A DNA stretch of 64,000 nucleotides from positions 103,391 through 167,390 of the forward strand of contig JACPBS010000004.1 of the NCBI GenBank assembly GCA_016180195.1. Reading direction: 5' to 3'. Shown piece by piece: positions 9,466-19,041 of the stretch. The notes under the pieces are model-generated. The model saw only the letters and a program-made list of their open reading frames with translations. It did not search any database and was not told the DNA's origin. The position numbers were made by a program, and so were the translations under genes. Every line of letters starts with the position of its first letter. The first letter of the stretch is position 1. Origin of the DNA: Candidatus Woesearchaeota archaeon (lineage in GTDB: Archaea; Nanobdellota; Nanobdellia; Woesearchaeales; UBA10216).

Positions 9466-10269
9466 ATGATTCGACTAAGATTTGAAGGGGATCGAGGATT
9501 TGTTGAGGATGCTCCAGAAGGATATGTCATTCACTCCTTATCAAAAGATCCCTCAACTGAAGATTATTATCTTGTTCTTGAAGCTGGAAAGAGATTATTT
9601 AACGAAACTGAAGGATCAGAACGCTTTTTGTTATATGTTGGGGAGCGTGAGGGATTGAAAAGGGTTGAGCTTGCAGCAGTCAAATTGGAGAGTGTAATGG
9701 ATTGTTTAACTTTTGTATCAGATCGAGGAGAAACAGCATTAATTATTCCAAATAAGCTTTTTTCAAGTTCTTCACCGCGTTTGCAAGGAAATAAACGCTT
9801 AAGACTCGAAGGAATAGTGAATCCGAATGACACTGCAAAAGAACGCCTTTATGGTTCCTATGTATGGAGAAATCCGGAAAAAGAGATGGATCATAGGCTT
9901 TCTCAATATGGAGGATATGATCCTGTCAGGGTTAGGAATTTGGTTGACAGGTTAAGATCTTGCCGTGATTTGGATAATGTCAGTCTTGTTGAAAAAATGA
10001 ATTCGCTCGATACTATGATTAAGGGGGATTACATGGGTGATATTAATTTTCTTACAGGTACTCGGAAAGATGTCGAGGAAAAAGTGAAGGGTTACTATCA
10101 GGAATTAGGTAAAAGGGTGGAAAGGTATTTTGAAAATGTCCGGGTTCCTTGGGTAACTGAGGATGGTTCAGGGAATATGCTTTTTATTCAGTTTTCGGGG
10201 GAAGTTGAAAGCGGTAAAGCGCATAAAAAGAGATATATTGAAGTGGCTTTGACCCAACGCAAAGGATAG
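9466..10269 (+). CDS. Hypothetical protein
   Basis: 267 aa ORF with GGAG upstream; no recognisable motif. Confidence 0.6.
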   Translation: MIRLRFEGDRGFVEDAPEGYVIHSLSKDPSTEDYYLVLEAGKRLFNETEGSERFLLYVGEREGLKRVELAAVKLESVMDCLTFVSDRGETALIIPNKLFSSSSPRLQGNKRLRLEGIVNPNDTAKERLYGSYVWRNPEKEMDHRLSQYGGYDPVRVRNLVDRLRSCRDLDNVSLVEKMNSLDTMIKGDYMGDINFLTGTRKDVEEKVKGYYQELGKRVERYFENVRVPWVTEDGSGNMLFIQFSGEVESGKAHKKRYIEVALTQRKG

Positions 10270-10309
10270 ATTTCTCGAAAACCTTCTGAATTATTTAAAG
10301 CAGAAAAAA

Positions 10310-10441
10310 TAGCGGGGGCTGGAGTTTCACACAGTTCAGATGAACTGAGGTTTGAACCAACGACCTATGGGTTATGAGCCCATCGGGCACTCCTGGTTAG
10401 GCGGATACAGCGCAAGTCTATAACCTCTGCCCTACCCCGCT
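10310..10441 (-). tRNA. Initiator tRNA-Met(CAT) with two non-canonical introns (10397-10426 at 15/16; 10324-10350 at 59/60)
   Basis: Spliced sequence AGCGGGGTAGGGCAGCCAGGAGTGCCCGATGGGCTCATAACCCATAGGTCGTTGGTTCAAATCCAGCCCCCGCTA. A1-U72 pair and three G-C pairs in the anticodon stem mark it as the initiator. No encoded CCA. Confidence 0.93.
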
Positions 10442-10465
10442 ATTAGTCTGGGTGTAGTGCAATAA

Positions 10466-10473
10466 TTTATAAA
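10466..10473. promoter_or_regulatory. Palindromic TATA box, likely serving both tRNA-iMet (-) and the EamA gene (+)
   Basis: TTTATAAA lies about 25 nt from the tRNA 5' end (10441) and from the ATG at 10498. Confidence 0.55.
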
Positions 10474-10497
10474 TGTTTACTTGGAACTCCATGATTT

Positions 10498-11352
10498 ATG
10501 ATTCCGGTTTTCATGGCCGTCGGTGCGGCTTCATTGTATGCCGCTTCAAGCATCTTTGTAAGGAGGGGTTTGCATGGCTCGAATCCACATGCGGGCGTTG
10601 TTTTCTCAACCATTGTAAATGCAGTTTCGATGTGGCTGCTTTTTTTCCTCTTGGTTCCTTTAAGCTTCATTCTTAACTGGAAGGCTGTTGCTGTGTTTGC
10701 AGTGGCAGGCATACTCGCCCCGGGATTTGCGAGGATGTTAAGGTATGCCAGCCTGGAAAGGATGGGCATCGCAAGGACAGGGCCGATTACAGCAACTTCC
10801 CCTATCATCTCGACTGCAATCGCTGTCTTTTTTTTGGGTGAACATTTGACACTTGCAATCGTGCTTGGAACGCTCCTTATTCTGGGGGGGATATTGGTTG
10901 CATCAAGAAAGGACCTGGATACCAACCGGGAGGACATGATATTCGCTTTCGGCGCAGCTGTTCTTGTTGGAATCGCGCTTCCAATAAGGAAATATGGGTT
11001 GTCGCTGCTTGACTCTCCTATTCTTGTAGGAACAGTCACTGCGACAATCGCTCTTTTCATCGCCATTACGTTGATCGGATTTACAGGCAACTTGTCAAAG
11101 GTCAGCTATAAGGACAGGAACATGAAGTTTTATCTCGCAGCAGGCGTATGCACGAGCGCTGCATTTGTTCTGAATTACTATGCAGTATCCTCGGGCAATG
11201 TTTCAACAATTGGCCCTTTGCTTCAGACAACAGCCATTTTTGCCCTGATATTCAGCCAGCTGTTCATAAGGCATCTGGAAGGCTTGACAAAGGAAGTATG
11301 GATTGGGACAATTGTTGTTGTTGTTGGCGCTATCCTTGTTGGGACAGGTTAG
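10498..11352 (+). CDS. DMT/EamA-family transporter
   Basis: About 10 TM helices in two repeats; 'SPIISTAIAVFFLGEHLT' EamA motif. Confidence 0.88.
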   Translation: MIPVFMAVGAASLYAASSIFVRRGLHGSNPHAGVVFSTIVNAVSMWLLFFLLVPLSFILNWKAVAVFAVAGILAPGFARMLRYASLERMGIARTGPITATSPIISTAIAVFFLGEHLTLAIVLGTLLILGGILVASRKDLDTNREDMIFAFGAAVLVGIALPIRKYGLSLLDSPILVGTVTATIALFIAITLIGFTGNLSKVSYKDRNMKFYLAAGVCTSAAFVLNYYAVSSGNVSTIGPLLQTTAIFALIFSQLFIRHLEGLTKEVWIGTIVVVVGAILVGTG

Positions 11353-12494
11353 ATATGTTCGGCTATGTTTCTTATAGCCTTGGAAGTGATATCATACAAA
11401 GGATCAGATATCGGCAACTTGCAAAGGCAGGCATTAGCAGCCTCCAAAATCACTTTCTTGTATTCTGTTCCTCCATTAAGCTGTAAATCATGTCTAGATC
11501 CATCTGCACCGATCATTATGACCCTCTTGACACCAGAACCTCTTTTCCCTGCAAAGTCAAATCCCCTAACTGCGAGACAGAACGGCTCCAATGCAGCTCC
11601 TCGATTTTCCGGGTCAATCTCGCCCAATCTTTGGAAATACGCAAGGTAATGATATGTTGCAGGCCTGACTTCATTTATGATCTCTGGAATTAAGGAATTA
11701 AAATATTCTGCAGCTTCAGAAGGTGATTTCAGGATGTTTGAATTATATGTTCCTGAAATGAACTCTAGTGCTTTTCTGACTAATCTATATTGCACCCGGT
11801 CCTTTGGCTCTATCGTGTCTGTTGCTGACAAGCATGCCCTGAATGCTGAAGCTGAATTTGAAAGCGGCCCTGCTATAAGCTCAATCATTGAAGGTGACAG
11901 CCTATATTTTTCTGAGGTTTCAATTAATCTTGATATCTCATCACGGATTGTCAGCTCTCCATTGTGGTATTTTGCGATCTTGTTCGGAGTTGCTCCAAGC
12001 TGTTCGATTGGAAGCCCCGCAAGGATATTTGCTATTCCCGCGATTACTACTAAGGGATCAATCTGAATGTCATTCCCATAATAGGCTGCTTTGCCCATAA
12101 GCCTTAAAGATGCTTCAATCGCACTTTTCTGTTCAGCAGAAAGCTTGTTGAATGTTCCAAGCAATTTTACAGCCATTTGTTCGGTTTGTGAGGGGTTGGT
12201 TATTTCTGCAAGGCTCCTTGCTCTTTGGGCATTTTCTAGAACTGATCTGTCAAGGTGAATATGCATTCCTGTTTCTTTTAAGTAAGGCGCCAGGAATCCG
12301 TTTACCAGTGCTTCTGCCTGGGCTCTCGCTGCATCCTGTTTTTCAACTAGTTCCGAAGGAGACCATGCTTGGTTGCACTCTATGATTGTGTCAATCGTAC
12401 CCCCCAGCTTTAGAACACGTCCTGTTTGTTTCCCGGTTGGATATATTCCTGCATATACCTCTTCAAATGTATTTGGCTGAGGGACATGGACCAT
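11349..12494 (-). CDS. Hypothetical protein
   Basis: 381 aa ORF with a TATA-like TTTATAAA upstream; no recognisable motif. Confidence 0.6.
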   Translation of the reverse strand: MVHVPQPNTFEEVYAGIYPTGKQTGRVLKLGGTIDTIIECNQAWSPSELVEKQDAARAQAEALVNGFLAPYLKETGMHIHLDRSVLENAQRARSLAEITNPSQTEQMAVKLLGTFNKLSAEQKSAIEASLRLMGKAAYYGNDIQIDPLVVIAGIANILAGLPIEQLGATPNKIAKYHNGELTIRDEISRLIETSEKYRLSPSMIELIAGPLSNSASAFRACLSATDTIEPKDRVQYRLVRKALEFISGTYNSNILKSPSEAAEYFNSLIPEIINEVRPATYHYLAYFQRLGEIDPENRGAALEPFCLAVRGFDFAGKRGSGVKRVIMIGADGSRHDLQLNGGTEYKKVILEAANACLCKLPISDPLYDITSKAIRNIAEHI

Positions 12495-12610
12495 AAATTA
12501 ACAAAAAAAACACCCGGTTTATAAATTTTTTTAGCAGGACTACTTTTAAATAACTACATCGATTTTTTATGCAAAACTATAAAAAAGGCCATTCTACTCT
12601 TCACAACCAT

Positions 12611-12782
12611 GCCGAGGTCGCATAGCCTGGCCATTGCGGTAGATTGCTAGGTGCTTCTTGTGCCTATGAAACTTTCAATGGCCCACAGAAATCTACTGTC
12701 CGAAAGGGCACGGGAGTTCAAACAAACTCACTGGCGTGAGATGCTCTCAATGCCAGGAGCATTGAAAGTCTCCCCCTCGGCG
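12611..12782 (+). tRNA. tRNA-Ser(GCT) with two introns (12650-12690 at 37/38; 12723-12768 at 59/60)
   Basis: Acceptor stem GCCGAGG/CCTCGGC with G73; anticodon arm GTAGA-TTGCTA^A-TCTAC; long variable arm TGTCCGAAAGGGCA; T arm GGGAG-TTCAAA^T-CTCCC; TATAAAAA at 12578. Confidence 0.92.
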
Positions 12783-12826
12783 CTTTTATTTTAAGTAGAG
12801 CATCCTGGGGTATCCAAGAAAAAAGC

Positions 12827-12901
12827 AACAAAGATCCGCCTCTCGGAGCTATCCTCGGCATTAAGGGCGGGCTTTGAACCCAACACGAAATTTATTTGTA
12901 A
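12827..12901. repeat. Dispersed palindromic repeat, copy B
   Basis: AACAAAGATCCGCCTCTCGGAGCTATCCTC...AAGGGCGGGCTTTGAACCCAACACGAAATTTATTTGTAA; both ends match copy C. Confidence 0.85.
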
Positions 12902-12919
12902 ATCAATCAAGAAACGAGG

Positions 12920-13450
12920 CTATGCAAGCTCTTTCCTCAATGTTTTGACAGCCCAGTTTATCTGCTTGAACTTTTCATCGCTTCCTTCGGGCATGTCAGG
13001 GTGGGATTGCTTTGAAAGGCGCTTGAACTGAAGGTTTATTGCATCAATGTCCTTGCAGTCCTGAGAAACCTGAAGTATCTCGCGGGCTTTTAGTCTTTTG
13101 TCTTCGAAGTCGTGGTCCTCGGAATACTCAAAAATAAGCTGCTCGACAGTCTTTTTCCCATCCATGACAAGGCCCACTTCATGCTCTATTACCCTGCAAA
13201 GTACATGCAGGTTGTCAATGTACCTTGCCTGCTGGGAATGGCTGAAGTTGCAGTGGTTGCCTTCTATATACCATGATACATGGGCCTTTTCCCTTTTGAC
13301 TGGGTTAGCCTCATTACTTATCTCTATATCATCAACAGATATGCCTAGCTTGGTGAATGTTGAGATGATCTGGTTTGCGAATCTCACCGCTCTCCTTACA
13401 TAAGAGTCTTTTACTGGCTGTATCTCGAATTCATATCCGCGGACGTTCAT
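12920..13450 (-). CDS. Protein with C-terminal J domain
   Basis: AREILQV...FKRLSKQSHPD...GSDEKFKQINWA (HPD motif). Confidence 0.85.
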   Translation of the reverse strand: MNVRGYEFEIQPVKDSYVRRAVRFANQIISTFTKLGISVDDIEISNEANPVKREKAHVSWYIEGNHCNFSHSQQARYIDNLHVLCRVIEHEVGLVMDGKKTVEQLIFEYSEDHDFEDKRLKAREILQVSQDCKDIDAINLQFKRLSKQSHPDMPEGSDEKFKQINWAVKTLRKELA

Positions 13451-13676
13451 AGGTAACGGGATTAAGCTCTTATTTTTAATTGTTTGGACGGCGAAAGGTT
13501 CTTAGGTTTTCCTCTTGGTCGTGCTGTCTTCCAAATCGCTTGTTTTTGCCGTTGTATAGCCATGCCAAAGACAAGCCTGTTGTTCTGGATGCCCTGAAAA
13601 ATGCAGACCAGGCCTTGATGCCTTCGGTGGCTGATTATTTGGAAATTTTTTTATAGGGGGTTTGGATAATGTTTCT

Positions 13677-14924
13677 ATGGAAAAGCGGCATGTCGGGTTT
13701 GCTTTATTAGCTTTCCTTGCTGCCCTGCCATTGCTTGTTATTACACCTTTCAGTCAGGGTTTTTCAAGCCCGGAAGCAGGCTTTCTCTATCTTGGCAGGG
13801 CTTTCGCGCTTTCAGGTGTTATTTTATTCTCGCTTAATTTCGTCCTTAACTCAAGGCTGCCTTTTTTGGAGGATGTTTTTGGCGGGCTGGACAGGGTTTT
13901 GCGGGTTCATCACTTTGTTGGTGTGGTTTCTTTCGCTTTGCTTTTGCTCCATCCTTTGCTTCTTGCTGCAGGGTTCAGGTCTCTTGGATTCCTTCTTCCC
14001 GGTCCTTTTTGGCCGAAAAACTTCGGGATAATTGCCTTGTCTCTTCTGGCATTGCTGCTTCTCATCACCCTTTTCGCCAGGATCAGGTATCATAACTGGA
14101 AATTTTCACATCAGCTCATCGGTGTCGCTTTATTTATTGCCGCAGTTCATGTGGCGACAATTCCGAGCGACATTTCCAAGAATATTTTTTTGAGGGTTTA
14201 CATTTTTTCTATCGTAACCCTCGGGCTTGTTTTCTATGTTTACAGCACTATCTTGCAAAGGCCTTTTCATAAGAGGCTTCATTATTCGGTTCAGGGTGTT
14301 AAAAGTGTGGGCAGGGATGTTTATGAGCTTGTTTTTGCTCCGAAAGGCAAGTCTTTGATTCATACACCGGGACAGTTTGTTTTTTTGACTGTTAAGTCTA
14401 AGGCAATTCCTGGTGAATCCCATCCTTTTACAGTAAGCTCAGCGTCTAACGACCATCTTCTTAGATTCACCATAAAAGCTGTCGGTGATTACACTTCCTC
14501 AATTCAGAACCTTAAAAAAGGCGATGAAGCTGAAATTGAGGGCCCTTATGGCAGGTTCTTCCCTAAGGTTCATGGGAACCAGATTTGGATTGCCGGAGGC
14601 ATAGGGATCACTCCTTTTCTTTCAATGATCCGAAGCATTAAAGGCAGGGAGTCCGTAGACCTTTACTATTCAGTTCATAACAAGGATGATGCGGTTTTCC
14701 TTGATGAGCTTCTGGAGTTTTCCCGAAAAATGCCTAATTTTAGGGTTCATCCCCATTACAGCGGGGTTAATGGCCGTATCTCTGCCAGGGATATTTTGGA
14801 TTTCAGGGAAAGGGATATTTTTATCTGCGGCCCTGTGCCGATGATCAATTCATTCACTGCCCAGTTTTTGTCAATGGGTGTTGATCGTAGCAGGATATAT
14901 TTTGAGAAGTTCAGCCTGAAATAG
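13677..14924 (+). CDS. Ferric reductase-like membrane oxidoreductase (heme-b TM domain plus FAD/NAD-binding domains)
   Basis: Paired His residues in TM helices; PGQF, HPFT, EGPYG, IAGGIGITPF, FICGP, EKF motifs. Confidence 0.9.
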   Translation: MEKRHVGFALLAFLAALPLLVITPFSQGFSSPEAGFLYLGRAFALSGVILFSLNFVLNSRLPFLEDVFGGLDRVLRVHHFVGVVSFALLLLHPLLLAAGFRSLGFLLPGPFWPKNFGIIALSLLALLLLITLFARIRYHNWKFSHQLIGVALFIAAVHVATIPSDISKNIFLRVYIFSIVTLGLVFYVYSTILQRPFHKRLHYSVQGVKSVGRDVYELVFAPKGKSLIHTPGQFVFLTVKSKAIPGESHPFTVSSASNDHLLRFTIKAVGDYTSSIQNLKKGDEAEIEGPYGRFFPKVHGNQIWIAGGIGITPFLSMIRSIKGRESVDLYYSVHNKDDAVFLDELLEFSRKMPNFRVHPHYSGVNGRISARDILDFRERDIFICGPVPMINSFTAQFLSMGVDRSRIYFEKFSLK

Positions 14925-15077
14925 ATTATTCTTGTAGACTTCCCGTTTACTAGGTTGTTGGCTTCTTTTCGCGGTAGCCGCTTTTCCGGAGCATCCCATG
15001 AATATGAGCTTTCTCATTACTCTTTGACTTTAAGCCCGATCAATTAATATATATAATGAAATGTTTTTTCGAAGTGC

Positions 15078-16250
15078 ATGGTTGAAGCGGTAATTTCAAG
15101 GATTGAGTTTCAGATGACCCTTCTCTTGTTTGTTGCTCTTGCAGGGTATCTGCTTGCCTCAAAGATAAACCAGTCGGCTGTTATCGGGGAGATCCTGGTC
15201 GGGCTTCTGATTGGCCCGAGTGTTCTGGGCTTGGTTACGTATTCTGAATTCATAGAAAACATTGCGCATCTAGGCGCAATCATCCTTTTGTTTGTGATAG
15301 GCCTGGAATTCAAGCTAAGCGATGTTTTTAAGCCGAGATACGGCTTGATTGCCATTGTCGGGGTGATTGTGCCTTGGCTTGGAGGCTTTTTAATCGCTAA
15401 GGTTTTCGGCTTCGGGTTCGGAAGCGCTGCTTTTGTAGGGACAGCCTTAACTGCAACAAGCATTGCTATTACCGCCAATGTTCTGAGGGAGATGAACCAG
15501 CTTCATACAGAGGCTGCAAAGGCTATTATTGGGGCTGCTGTGATTGACGATGTCCTGAGCCTGCTTGCATTGTCTATAACGAGCCAGACAGTGTCAGGCC
15601 AGTTTTCCTTTTTGGAGACGTTCCTTGTTATTTTCAAGTCAGTCATGTTTATAGGCGTAGCTTCGTTTGTCGGCATAAAGTACATCAACCCGATTATTAA
15701 TAGGATTGATAAAAGCAGGTTTGTCTCCAAGTTTCCGGAGTTTGTTTTTATTTTTGCAATGATGATCGCATTTCTTTATGCGTTGGTTGCAGAAATCATT
15801 CAGCTTTCGTCTATAATTGGCGCATTCATTGCAGGAATGGTCTTGGAAGGTGTTGTAGTAAGGCATGGGAAGGATTATAGGGAAGGGGCAGAGTACCTTC
15901 ATATCATTTTTGCATCCGTTTTTTTCGTCTCATTGGGAATCCTTGCTGACCTGAAGGCGATAACCTGGCCCATTTTGGGATTTCTTTTAGCACTGGTTTT
16001 GGTGGCTGTCCTGACCAAGCTGATAGGCTGTTATGTGCCTGCCCGGCTTCTTGGGCTTGGGAATAGGTCGTCCGCCATTATAGGGTGGGGCATGTCTCCG
16101 CGTGGCGAGGTTGCAATGATAGTTGCCATGATCGGGCTTAATGGCGGGCTGATAAAGCAGGACATCTTCATCAGCATAATAATGATGAGCCTCGTTACAA
16201 CAATTCTTGCCCCTGTTATCCTTAGAAGGATCCTTGTAGAGCATCGTTGA
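15078..16250 (+). CDS. Cation:proton antiporter (CPA2/NapA-like)
   Basis: GEILVGLLIGPS, TATSIAIT, AAVIDDV, PRGEVA motifs. Confidence 0.92.
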   Translation: MVEAVISRIEFQMTLLLFVALAGYLLASKINQSAVIGEILVGLLIGPSVLGLVTYSEFIENIAHLGAIILLFVIGLEFKLSDVFKPRYGLIAIVGVIVPWLGGFLIAKVFGFGFGSAAFVGTALTATSIAITANVLREMNQLHTEAAKAIIGAAVIDDVLSLLALSITSQTVSGQFSFLETFLVIFKSVMFIGVASFVGIKYINPIINRIDKSRFVSKFPEFVFIFAMMIAFLYALVAEIIQLSSIIGAFIAGMVLEGVVVRHGKDYREGAEYLHIIFASVFFVSLGILADLKAITWPILGFLLALVLVAVLTKLIGCYVPARLLGLGNRSSAIIGWGMSPRGEVAMIVAMIGLNGGLIKQDIFISIIMMSLVTTILAPVILRRILVEHR

Positions 16251-16331
16251 TTTTTCGGATTATTTTTGCTTTTTCCTTTTCATTAAATGTATGCCAAATA
16301 GTTATTTAAATATCCAGGTCTTGTTTTTTTC

Positions 16332-17060
16332 ATGGAACTGATAAATGTCAATGGCGTTTCAAAAAAGTTCATGAAGGATGGGAAGGAGTTTTATGCGTTG
16401 AGAGACATTAGTTTCAGGATCGAAGAGGGGGAGATTTTCTCGGTTTTGGGGCCGAATGGCGCGGGAAAGACAACCTTGCTGAATATCATGATGGGCATTT
16501 TGATACCTGATTCTGGCAGCGTCAGGATATTCGGTAAAAATGCAGGGTCGTCAGATGTCATGGAGAGGATTGCCTATGTTTCGGGTGAGGAGCGTTTTCA
16601 TTGGGCTCTGACAGTGAAGGATATCCTTAATTTCGCCTCCATTCTTTATGGCGTATCCAACAAAAAAGGCAGGGTTTCGGAGATCGTTGATTTTTTCGGC
16701 CTCCAGAATGTTTTCAACTCAAGGTTCGAGGTGCTTTCGACCGGGGAGAAGATGAGGCTTGCTTTTGCACATGCGGTTATTGGAAGTCCTAAGATACTGT
16801 TTTTGGATGAGCCAACCCTTGGTATGGATCCTGATATCTCTATTAAGGTAAGGAAGCGAATTAAGTCAATAAATAAGGATTTCAAAACAACCATTATTCT
16901 TACCAGCCATTATATGAAGGAGGTTGAGTTCCTGTCAAGCAGGGTGGCGTTCATAAACAAGGGGAAGCTGATAGATATAAACACCGTTAAGGGGATCAAG
17001 AGGGGTTATCCTGATCTCGAGCGGTATTTCATGGGGATGGTGGGTGATGAGGCTGCATAA
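16332..17060 (+). CDS. ABC transporter ATP-binding subunit
   Basis: Walker A GPNGAGKTT, signature LSTGE, Walker B FLDEPT, switch TSH. Confidence 0.93.
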   Translation: MELINVNGVSKKFMKDGKEFYALRDISFRIEEGEIFSVLGPNGAGKTTLLNIMMGILIPDSGSVRIFGKNAGSSDVMERIAYVSGEERFHWALTVKDILNFASILYGVSNKKGRVSEIVDFFGLQNVFNSRFEVLSTGEKMRLAFAHAVIGSPKILFLDEPTLGMDPDISIKVRKRIKSINKDFKTTIILTSHYMKEVEFLSSRVAFINKGKLIDINTVKGIKRGYPDLERYFMGMVGDEAA

Positions 17061-17814
17061 GGTGTTTGCCCTTTTATACAGGGACCTGCTGATAATAAGA
17101 CGTTCGAGATGGCGGGTTGTTGAGCTGATTTATTTCCCGTTGACAACTGTGCTTATCTGGGGTTTTTTTTCTGTATATTCAAGGAGGTTTTCAGTTGAAG
17201 CTGGCCTTATTATTCTGATAATTAACATTTTCTGGAACTTCGCATTCGTTGCCCAGAGCACTGCAAACATGCAGATAATGGAGGATGTTTGGTCAGGAAG
17301 TCTGAAGCAGCTCCTGGTTTCAGGGATTTCAGAGGTTGAGTACATGGTTGGAAGGATGATCACTGCTTCGATTGTCTCATCGATCATACTTGCTTTGATG
17401 GTGCTGACTTCTCTTTTGTTCAGCAGCCAGCAGCTTTACTTCAATCAGCAGTTTATTGTCATTTCCATTCTTACCCTTTTGGTTTCTCTGGCTATGGCTG
17501 TTTTGGTTTCTGCGATGATTGTATCGCTTGGAAAGAGCTATGGATTCCTGGCGTGGAGTGCGCTGCAGGCCTTCGTTTTCCTATCCGCCCCGTTTTTCCC
17601 AAAAGAGACTTTTCCAGGGGTCATAAGTGCTGTTTCCGCTGTAATGCCCTATACCTATATTTTTGAGTCTGCAAGGGCTTTGTCCTACGGGGAAAGCATG
17701 CCTTTGATGGCTGCTTTTATCACTGTTGTAGCTTATTCAGTCCTTGTTTGGCCGATTTACATCTATCTTTTTAGGAAGGCAAGGAAGAATGGCAATCTAG
17801 TCAGGCTAGGGTAG
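17044..17814 (+). CDS. ABC-2 type permease
   Basis: About 6 TM helices, overlaps the ATPase gene, 'FLSAPFFP...MPYTY' ABC-2 pattern. Confidence 0.88.
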   Translation: MMRLHKVFALLYRDLLIIRRSRWRVVELIYFPLTTVLIWGFFSVYSRRFSVEAGLIILIINIFWNFAFVAQSTANMQIMEDVWSGSLKQLLVSGISEVEYMVGRMITASIVSSIILALMVLTSLLFSSQQLYFNQQFIVISILTLLVSLAMAVLVSAMIVSLGKSYGFLAWSALQAFVFLSAPFFPKETFPGVISAVSAVMPYTYIFESARALSYGESMPLMAAFITVVAYSVLVWPIYIYLFRKARKNGNLVRLG

Positions 17815-17870
17815 TTTTGCAGAAGGAAAATGTGAGGGCATCGATAACTATTCGCAGGATCTGCAGGCTG

Positions 17871-18038
17871 TCAGTTAAGAGTTCCTTTAAGCTCAAGGTA
17901 TTTCCTGTATTTCTTGGGGCTGAGGTCTTTTTGTTCCATTTCCTTGATGCATTTGTCGCAGTATAATGGGCTGTCATACTCGAGCTTGGATACCTTGCCT
18001 TTGCATATCTCGCATGCTTCGTAGTCCTTTGAATGCAT
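17871..18038 (-). CDS. Small Cys4 zinc-finger protein
   Basis: CEIC...YCDKC in 55 aa from the ATG at 18038. Confidence 0.6.
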   Translation of the reverse strand: MHSKDYEACEICKGKVSKLEYDSPLYCDKCIKEMEQKDLSPKKYRKYLELKGTLN

Positions 18039-18076
18039 GGCCTTTTCATGCAGGCCTTGTTTTAAAAATCTTATGA

Positions 18077-18541
18077 TCAAAGTATGATGCCTAGTGCAAA
18101 TGCTGACAGAAGGAGCGGGAAGATATCTGCAACGCCTTTTCCCAGCAGGCTTTTGATGCCCAGCTTTCTGTTGTTCGCAGTTAGGATGCTTCCTTCGGCA
18201 ATCCCTATGATGAATACCATCGAAGTTATTATTATCAGTGATTTTTGCGAAGGCGATGCCAGGAATATCATCAGTCCAAGAAGGGAGTAAATGATGATGT
18301 TGTTCATCTCGATGTAGAGAAGTGCAATTGCGGCAACATAAGCCAATAGCTTTATGGTTGTGCCCGCGCCAATTATGTTCAGGATTAATACTGTTGATGC
18401 TGCAAGAAGGGCTTTCTTCAGTATTACGAAATAATCCTTTCCTTTTTTTAGTTCCTCTTTCGCAGATGTGGATATCATTATTCCTGCTGCTATGCCGAGG
18501 CTGGATGCGATAACTGATAGGAAATAGCTTGTTGTCTGCAT
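18077..18541 (-). CDS. Hypothetical membrane protein
   Basis: 154 aa, 5-6 hydrophobic segments, abuts rpiB. Confidence 0.65.
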   Translation of the reverse strand: MQTTSYFLSVIASSLGIAAGIMISTSAKEELKKGKDYFVILKKALLAASTVLILNIIGAGTTIKLLAYVAAIALLYIEMNNIIIYSLLGLMIFLASPSQKSLIIITSMVFIIGIAEGSILTANNRKLGIKSLLGKGVADIFPLLLSAFALGIIL

Positions 18542-18542
18542 A

Positions 18543-19010
18543 TTACGTGCTCTCGAACTGGTATATTATTTTCAGCCTTCTTTCGTGGCGTTTGTCATGG
18601 CTGAATGGCGTGCTTATCCACTGGTCAATGATTTTGAATGCATCAGCTTCGCTTGTGCGGTCTCCTGATATTGCAAGGACATTTGAGGCATTGTGTTCCC
18701 GTGAATGCCTGGCGGTTTCCAAGTCGAATGCTGCCACAGCCCTTACTCCCTTGACCTTGTTTGCTGCTATCACCATGCCGGCTGCTGATCTGCATATCAG
18801 AATTCCCTTTACATCGTCCTGGAAGATTTTTTTTTCTTCGGCAGCCCCGACCTTTTTAGCCACATTTAATGCGAACGGGGAATAGTCATCTTTTGGGTCC
18901 AGGGAATGGGCGCCCTCGTCCATGATTGGCATTCCTTTCCCGGAGAGGTGCTCCTTTATTTTTTCCTTAAGCTCGTATCCCCCGTGGTCCGCTCCGAGGA
19001 TTATCATCAT
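18543..19010 (-). CDS. rpiB: Ribose-5-phosphate isomerase B (RpiB/LacA/LacB family)
   Basis: GADHGG, DDY, GILIC.S..G, ANKVKGVRA, REHNASNVL, RHERR motifs. Confidence 0.92.
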   Translation of the reverse strand: MMIILGADHGGYELKEKIKEHLSGKGMPIMDEGAHSLDPKDDYSPFALNVAKKVGAAEEKKIFQDDVKGILICRSAAGMVIAANKVKGVRAVAAFDLETARHSREHNASNVLAISGDRTSEADAFKIIDQWISTPFSHDKRHERRLKIIYQFEST

Positions 19011-19041
19011 GCAGGCATACTCTGGAAGCTAATATTAATAG

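Noticed and set aside
14925-15017. Minus-strand fragment MRKLIFMGCSGK.. resembling a P-loop kinase start
   Set aside because: Walker A is incomplete and the stretch is too short to support a pseudogene call.
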